Of a DNA stretch of 64,000 nucleotides, positions 55,750-64,000 are shown piece after piece. Source of the DNA: Auanema rhodensis (lineage: Eukaryota; Animalia; Nematoda); assembly GCA_964057225.1 (NCBI GenBank), contig OZ059896.1, forward strand, positions 9,052,001 through 9,116,000, in the 5' to 3' direction. The translations under genes were made by a program, and so were the position numbers. A model generated the notes under the pieces. It saw only the letters and a program-made list of their open reading frames with translations, was not told the DNA's origin and ran no database searches. How positions within the stretch are numbered: position 1 is the stretch's first letter; each line of letters begins with the position of its first letter.

Positions 55750-58700
55750 ATGAGGAAATGGCTATTTTTGATTATAGGAACTGCTTTACTTATTTTTTTA
55801 TTTACAACTGACTTATTTGAAAATTCCTTTGATGAATCAGTGAGTTTTAAACCAAAATATTTATTTTTATTTGTTTTTCTATCTTCAGTATAATCCTAAA
55901 AACTATATTCAATCTTTAACTAAAGTAGTTATTCAATGTAATCAAACATCTTCAACATCTGAAGATACAAATATAAAATATGATCGATTAGCTCAAAAGG
56001 TTCAAGTTGATTCATCAATTTATGATAATTTTACATATCCTGCTGTAGATATTGAGGTATTTCATGTATTTCTTCAGAATCTATTTAATTTTTTTAAAAT
56101 TTAGGTTAACGGACATGAAATTAAATTTAATCGAGATAAAGAAAAGAAAAATCCTGATAATCTAACAATTCATTTGATTTTTCACTCACATGTTGATCCT
56201 GGTATGTATAAGCAAATATTCTATCGATCGTAAAATATTTTTCTTTTTCCTAGGTTGGCTTAAAACGTTTGAGAATTATTTTAAACAGCAAACTTCTGAT
56301 ATTATAAATAGTGCAGTTAAAGCATTATACAAATATCCTGATTTGCGCTTTATTTGGTCAGAAACTTCTTTTCTTGAACGATGGTGGAGAGATGCTTCAA
56401 TCAATGATCGGAAAAGGCTTACTGAGTATAAACTTGAGAAAAAAAACTTCTAAACATTCCATAGTTTAGTCTTGTACATAATGGAAAGCTTGAGATTACT
56501 GGAGGAGCATGGGTTATGACAGATGAAGCAACTCCACTATTTTATCCAGCAATTGAAAATATGATAGAAGGGCATCAGTTTATATGGGATACTTTGAAAG
56601 TTCGTCCGAATACATCATGGTTTATTAAATTTTTTTTAAAAAATATAAGTTACATGTTATATATTAAGGTCAGTAGATCCATTTGGTCACGGAGCTATGC
56701 TTCCTTATCTATTACCTAGTGCTGGAATTGATTATATGGTGATTGGGCGTTTCCATGATCATATAAAAGAACATTTACGTCAAAAACAAACATTAAGATG
56801 GAGATGGAATGACCTTTATACGAATGTAATAATAGATTTCATGAATATGTTTCAAAATTTAATTTTTTCAAGGAAAAATCATCAGGGCCATATGTGAATT
56901 CACTGCCATATTTTGTATATACAACTGAAAGCGCTTGTCCAGATAGCTCGGTAAACTTTGAAAGTTTTATACATTAAATATTAATTAAAGTATATTACTT
57001 ATGTAATAGATAATATAATATAATTACATTATTTGTAAAAATATTGTAAAAATATAAAAATCATTGAAGGTATGTCGATGCTTCCATGTTGGTCCTACAA
57101 GTCGGGTTTCCTGCCCGCAACAAGACAAGATGGTCAACTTAAACCCTCCAAAAATTGAAAAAATGTTTATAATTCTTTAATAATTTCATAGTTCATTGGA
57201 ATATTTATAGGACAAAACAATTTGTTGAACAAATCAAAAAAGTTCAACATATTTATGGATCTGAAAATCTGTTAGTAGCAATAGGAGATGACTTTTTCTT
57301 CCAACGAATGGAAGATTTTGACCTCATGTATAAAGGATTCAAAGAAATGGCTAATTATGTAGAAAAACATCCTGAAATGAAAACAAAAGTAAAAAATTTC
57401 TAATAACTTAGGAGAAATGATAATTTTCAAATTTCAGATTCGTTTCTCTACTGTTTCAGAATTTTATCAAACTGTTAAAGATGATGAAATTCCATCATTA
57501 AGAGGAGATCTATTTCCTTATACAAGTAATCGTAATCAACCAAATCCTTGGTGGACAGGATATTTCACTCATAGACCGTATTCAAAACGTATGGAAAGAG
57601 TATTACAGGTAGATATTCCTTTCTGAAATCTTGACTATGAAGTTGATGAAAAGGTGCTTCATCTTGTAAGATTTGAAGACTTAAATCTTAGATGGTAGCT
57701 ATGAATTATAGTTTAATCTTAATTAAATTATTATAATTATTAATTTAACGTTTTGAGGCAAATGTTCAACAGCTTGATCTATTATTACATTTGGAAAAAT
57801 CACGAAAATATGATTATGAGGCACTACGACATGCAAAACGTAATTTGGCTTTGTATCAGCATCATGATGGTATTACTGGAACATCTACAAAGCCTGTTAT
57901 GGCTGATTATGAAATAAGGTTCAGATTAATTATATTTTTCATAATTTATAAAATAAAATAAAATATTTAAGAATGGTTGAAGCATATAAAACGACAAAAG
58001 AAGAATTCCGAAAACTTTTAAATACAAATGTGGTAAATAATTTAAATTATAAATTATACAACTTTTAAAAACTTTAAAAACTTTTCAAACTTTTTTATTA
58101 TTTAAGGTTAGACCAGAATTAAAAGAATCAATTAGTATATTGGAATATGTAACAAGTGATAAGTAAGTTAAATTTAAATTTTACAAATTAAAAACTAAAT
58201 AAATTAAATTTTTAGATATTATATTACTGTATTTAATTCAAATATATACAGTATTAAACATGAAATAAGAATTAATGCTGTATCTCCATCTATTATTAAA
58301 TATAATAATATTACAATTCCATCACAAAATATACGTTTAAATGATTCAGCATATGAAGTATTTTTATTATTAATTAATTATATTAATTATATTATATTAT
58401 TATTATAGATATTATTCTCTTATATGTTATCTCCAATTTCTACAACGATTTTTACTGTTGAAAAAGAACCAACAAATTCGAATTTGGATAAATTTGAAGA
58501 TATAGCTCCTTTAGTACAATTTGATAAGAACAGTTTTCCAATTGTAAGTTTATTAAATATTTTTATTAAAACTAATTTTTCTTAATTATAGGGTATAATT
58601 AAAGATGGAGTTATTAAACATCTAAATATAGAATTCTTTGTAATTGAAGATGCTGGAGGTGCATATACTTTTGAACCAAGAAGTAATCCCAAATATGTAC

Positions 58701-59999
58701 GATTTATATAATAATAATTAATAGAAATTATATATTTTTCAGCTTAATATTAGTAATTATGAAGAATTTTATGGTCCATCATCTTACAAACGTCGTCTTC
58801 ATTTCAAAGATTCAAAATTAATTGCTGTATGTTATTCATTGATTGAATTCAAAATAATTTATTTTTTTAATAATTTTAAGACAATATCAAATACACAATC
58901 AATTAATGATGGTATTAATATTGAAGTTGAAACAGATGTTAAAGATAATCATGCTCTGTTTATAAGTTTATCATCAAATATACAAACTGAGTATTTCCAT
59001 ACAGATATTAATGGATTACATCATCGAAAACGTAAATATAGCAAGTAAGAATATAATTTTAATTATATTTAATTATATTTTATATATTTAAAGACAAATG
59101 GATGGTTCTCCATTACCATATGAATCTAATTTCTATCCTGTATCTTCGTCAGTCTTTCTTGAAGATGATAAATCTCGTTTAACCGTATTAACTGGTAATA
59201 TAAACAAAGCTTATTTATTTATTTTAATTGATTTAAGGACAACCATTATCAGCTACATCTCCATCAAATGGTAAGCTTCATCTTATGATGGACAGAAGAC
59301 AAACTGGACAAGATGGCAAAGGATTATGGTATGGTGACGCATTAGATGTAAGCCATTTTTGAAATTCACAATAAGCTGACAACAATTTTTAGAATCGCTC
59401 TGCTTTCATCAAATATCGAATACTTTTAGAAGATAAAATAATTAAAAGGTTTATCAATATCATATATACTATATTATTATTTTTATTTTAATTTTAAAGA
59501 ACTGATGTTGAATCTCCAGCCCTAAGTGCATTAGCCACATCACATTGGAATGATATGTTATATCCACCAACAGTCTTTTCTTCAACTGCTGTCCGAGGTA
59601 ATAATTTAATAATTTAATATTTTATTCTTTTTTAATTTTTATTTTTTAGTAAATAAAAATTATTTTGATTTTCAATGGCCGTGCACCATTCAATTGGTTT
59701 CATGGAGACCAATTTCAAATAAAACATCTTTAATAATCTTACGTAGAACAGTTTTTGATTCTAAATTTGAATTAAAATTGGATTGTTCTGGAACATTGGT
59801 AAGAATATAATAATGAAATTTAGTTAATTATTCATTATAATTATAGGATAATATATTTAAATATTTACAATCAAGAAGTAGCTTAATTCAACATACATCA
59901 TTAAGTGGAACACAGAATCGTCAAAATGTTACGATTGAAAGTTTAAAAGATAGTTTGAAAAACCCTTATTCCATTGTGACATTACGAATAGAAGATTAG
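55750..59999 (+). CDS. GH38 class II alpha-mannosidase with type II signal anchor (aman-2/aman-3-like, divergent)
   Basis: HSHVDPGWLKT metal-binding motif, FIWSETSFL, LEITGGAWVMTDEAT, nucleophile motif WSVDPFGH, WWTGYFTHRP, QHHDGITGT. Confidence 0.92.
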
Positions 60000-60384
60000 A
60001 ATTGTGAATTGTTTTTAATTGGTAGCAAATTCATTTTTTTTAATTTTTCTGCAATTCATATCATCTCCTGAAGTTGCCGGTTTCATTTTTCAAGTTACAG
60101 TATTTATTAAAATATTTTTTATTATTTATTGTTTATTAGATATTTAATTTATATTTTTATTTCTTTGTTTTATAAAGAATGAAAAATTTTCCTTATAATT
60201 TTTATTTTTTTTCATTAAAAAAAAACCAAATTTGAACTAATCTCACTCTATGTACAAATTTCGAGAACATTAGCTTTAACAAATTTACTTAGATTTATCT
60301 GTACAATATTAAGGTAAATCATGTTTACTATCCTAGCTTAGACTTGAGAAATAAATTTGAAAAGTAAAGATAAAACTTTAAAAC

Positions 60385-61001
60385 TTATTTTCTAAAAAGA
60401 CAGCAAGCTCTGAATGATAATAGAAGAGCAAGACCTGCATAAGCGCCAGCAGCAATCCATGAATTGTAGGCATTTTGTTGATACAACCTGAAATTTTAAT
60501 ATTTTTTATAAACAAAACATTCAAAATATAAGAATAAATTAATTCTAAATAAATACGAATTAAGAGAATATAGAAAACTCACTTTCTAATATTTCCCACT
60601 CTTGTCGACCAGGAATCATGAATAACAGATTGGGCATCCTCTTCAGGTAAAAACTCGAACAATCCAACGGATTCGTTATAGTATAATCCACCAAGTATAC
60701 TCTGAATTAGTAAAATTTTATAATTTACCTTATTTATATTATATAATTAGTTATACTTAAGATATGCTTATCTTTCCTACCATAAATTATGCTAAAAATA
60801 TGTAAAATTTCAATTTTAATTAAGAAATAGTAATATTTTAGACAGAAATACAAGAAATTTGTTTCATTAAATCATCAAACTCGACACCAGAATTACGTAT
60901 AACCTTAATTATTTTGGGCTTTAACAAAGAAAATTTACCAGGAAAACTGTTCCCCAAAGTGAAATGAACAGAAAAGTACCAGTGCAAATAGGTCCAAACA
61001 T
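60385..61001 (-). CDS. Ribonuclease kappa / V-ATPase subunit f (RNASEK) homologue (3 exons)
   Basis: MFGPICTGTFLFISLWGTVFL/SILGGLYYNESVGLFEFLP.../LYQQNAYNSWIAAGAY: two TM helices and the YxQNAYNxWIAA motif. Confidence 0.88.
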
Positions 61002-61419
61002 CTCAAAACATTAGTTTATAAAGTTTTATTAAGTTTACTGAAAAAAAAACAACAAAACTAAAAAATCCGAAGTAGATTGTATATATCGATCTACCTACTA
61101 ATTCCATATTAGTCTTTTGTCTTTGCCCGCGACAAACTCCTTATCAGTAAGGTAAAGCTGAAGAATAAATGGTCCCAACCCGATATTTTAAAGTGAAAAT
61201 AGGAAAAGCTTTAAAGTTTTCAAATTATCTATAGAACCTATTGTTAAAGAAATGCCACAAAAGAAAATAAAGTTTATTCTTTCCACGTATATTGGGAAGC
61301 GAAATCACCAATTCGGATATCTACTCGATAGCAACTTTAGACAGATGTTATTTCAAAATTACATTGTATTATATGTATCAAAGCATTGCCTCAATCAGTT
61401 CAAAGTATTAACACAAGAA

Positions 61420-62553
61420 TTAGAAATAGAATCTTCCAGTCAACTTGTACATTCTTCTTAAAGATTGTTTGTCGTAAAATGATACAGGGTTTCCTGTAGG
61501 CGTCGATACGGTAACCTATAAATTAATTTTATTTGTTTATTTAATCACATAATTATGAATAAATAAGTAATCAGATTACATACCCCTTGATCATACATGA
61601 AGTGTCTGTTGAATGCATGATCTTGAGGTTTTCTCCATTCATAAGCCGAATAAGCAAAACGATTAGCGTAGTCGTCAGCCTGTAAATCAGTATTTCATGT
61701 GAATCTTTCATCATTTCCAATATAAATTTACCTTCAAACGTGCTCCAACATATCTGTCCAAATACTTTTGAGATTGGCGAAGATATGACTTCTGATTATT
61801 TAACTTCTAAACAATAATTAAATAAATAATTGTATTTAGATAATGCTTAATAAGAATTATATTCAAACCTCATTAAAGAAAATTCGCTTAGTTTGGAAAG
61901 TGTAGTAAGGCACGTGGCTTGAAGCTTCAGAGATGTAAGAAACAGCTGGTTTGTATGGCTTATTGATCACATCATGAGTATCCTACGATGAGAACATAAA
62001 TATATTCAAGTTCAAATTATTCGTAAAACTAATTGTATAGTATTACCTTAAAACGTGCTTGAGAATAGCTGTTTGTATACCAATCATGGACGTGTGGCTT
62101 GTAAACTGGTACTGTATGAACAATACGTTCAGCTTCTCTAAAAAATCATTAAATATCACTAAAGCATAACACAAATAACATTAAACTATGAATATTCATT
62201 CCATATCCGAATGACTGACCTAAGGTTCTGAGGCAAAGCCAATGATGGAGCTAAAGATGAAACAGAATCAATCTTTCTGATTGGGAAATCATGAACTGTT
62301 TCCTTGATGTATGTCAAGTTGGTGAATGAAGCACTACGAGCTAATCGTTTTGGCTTGGACCAGATTTCACTCATGTAGTTCTCATACATAGGTTGAGCAC
62401 GAGCACGTTCAACATATTTTCTGAAATAAAAAGCAGCAAAATTAAGAAAATGAACATAAAGCTATGAACTTACGTTCTGGGGAATTCCTTCCACCATTTT
62501 GTTTCTTGATCAACATCATCTTTTGCATATCGAGCAGCCGTTAGAGGAGACAT
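61420..62553 (-). CDS. Tyr/Arg-rich nematode-type protein of unknown function (7 exons)
   Basis: Clean spliced ORF MSPLTAARYAKDDVDQETKWWKEFPRT...RSASFTNL...RFAYSAYEWRKPQDHAFNRHFMY...RRMYKLTGRFYF*. Confidence 0.85.
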
Positions 62554-64000
62554 GATAAAACTACCTATTATAGTTATTATAATTATAATAATAATTAATA
62601 AAATTATTTGAAAAAATTAGGAATTTTTGAAAGACAATCATGAATTGATTCATATCTTGATGAGAAGATAGAATTAATTATGAAAAAATATCATTTTTGT
62701 TGAAAAATTAAAGCAAAATTGAAGGCTGAAGTTCATCTTAAAGCTCAGGTGGGCGAAACGACTAGCCGAATGGATGTCTATCTCCAAGTATTTTCCAATC
62801 GTTACACTTTTTCTTCAGCTCTATTTCTTCTTGTCCTCCAGAGGGACCAGCTGCCAGCAGATCTTCCACCCTCCTCACACAGTCATTGACTGCCATTCGG
62901 ACTTGGCGATATGAGAAGAACGGATGCGAATGAAATAAAGTGAGATAAGTAGGAATATAAAGAGAAAAATATAGATGATAGAGGAGAGAAAAAGAGGTTT
63001 GAAGAACGAAAGTCTTGGCCCCAATGAAATCTTTTCTGATCATTTCACACTTGTTTCTCCTAGATATTCATAGATATAACAAGCATTAATTCAATAGAAA
63101 GAACAAAGCTTGAATAGCTAAGGGATATATGCATGATACTGATGATATTAGTGATACATATTGTTTCGAAGCTATTTAGAATAAGCTTAAGCTGCTAGTT
63201 TAATAGAAAACTTTTCATACTTTTCAGCATATTTTTCAAATGTTGAAGAATATACGATTTTTTAATTTGAATGAATAAATATTTCTAAGTATTTTTTTTG
63301 TAAAATCATTACAATTGAATGGATGTCCACGGCAAAAAGATTTTAGTATTTCGTGAAGAAGAAAGACATGTAAATGGCAAAAGTGTGTAATCTTCATAAC
63401 TATTCTTTGAAATGAAAACAAAACCTGTACATGTATTCAAGTAAATTATAAATATTTCTTATAATTTAATATTTATAATATATTTAATTATATAAATTCT
63501 ATTATATAATTATTATTTTAATATTATAATATAAATAATATTGTATTCTCCTTTGAGCTCAAAAAGAAATGATGTTTATCTTTGTTCAAATTCTTCTTAT
63601 TTACGAGAACTAAACTTACTTCTTATAAAATAATCTGCTCATTGCGATTGTTAAAGTGTAATGAAGAACGTAAGAAACCAGTCTTGTCCAGTACCTGTGC
63701 CAATAGAACTATCTGAGCGACTAGACAGAAAACTAGATTCAAAAAAAAATTAAATAAATACAAATCTGAAAGTCGGTCGAAAACTTAATTCTCATCTTTT
63801 CCTCTTTACGCTGTGGCCTCATTCATTTTACTCAATGATTATTAGATGAATAACAATTATTTCAGTTATGTACCGTATCAGCTTCATCCTCTTTGCTTCA
63901 CTCTTCTATAGTTCGCATTCTTTGATGTGTTATTCGGGAATGCAGATATGGGAAAGAGATATCAATAATGTTTCTTTAATTCAATGCTCAAACGATCAGA

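Noticed and set aside
63600-64000. Exon-like sequence at the window end
   Set aside because: The frames I tried close quickly and I could not build a consistent spliced ORF.

Overview
AT-rich eukaryotic genomic DNA from a rhabditid (clade V-like) nematode, with many ~40-50 nt introns and trans-splice-type acceptors just before start codons. The ORF track mostly shows exon fragments, so I reconstructed spliced genes by hand. From left to right: a six-gene minus-strand operon-like cluster (pipsqueak-type HTH protein > PUSL1/TruA > sqd-1 > lsm-8 > disordered seu-1-like protein > blos-2), an allatostatin-C/somatostatin-like neuropeptide precursor, a trypsin-like protease, tRNA-Gln(CTG), a decayed mariner, a WCPPC nucleoredoxin-like gene, an LBP/BPI gene, the GABA transporter snf-11, a secreted PAN/Apple protein, cav-1, the SL-snRNP protein sna-2, a MOF-like MYST acetyltransferase, a C2H2 pseudogene, a ZM-motif Q-rich gene (pqn-22-like), a GH38 alpha-mannosidase, RNASEK and a nematode-specific gene. 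The main unexplained structures are: (i) a 201-bp inverted copy of the sna-2 upstream/start region bracketing the MYST gene; (ii) a 689-nt, hairpin-dense lsm-8 intron that may host an ncRNA; (iii) a relaxed 3' splice-site consensus with many AAG and at least two frame-required GAG acceptors; (iv) an unresolved sna-2 3' end that may share an acceptor with a downstream ORF; (v) a 442-bp near-perfect inverted repeat. Gene symbols come from recalled similarity to C. elegans proteins, not from a database search. No clearly new multi-gene system is proven.
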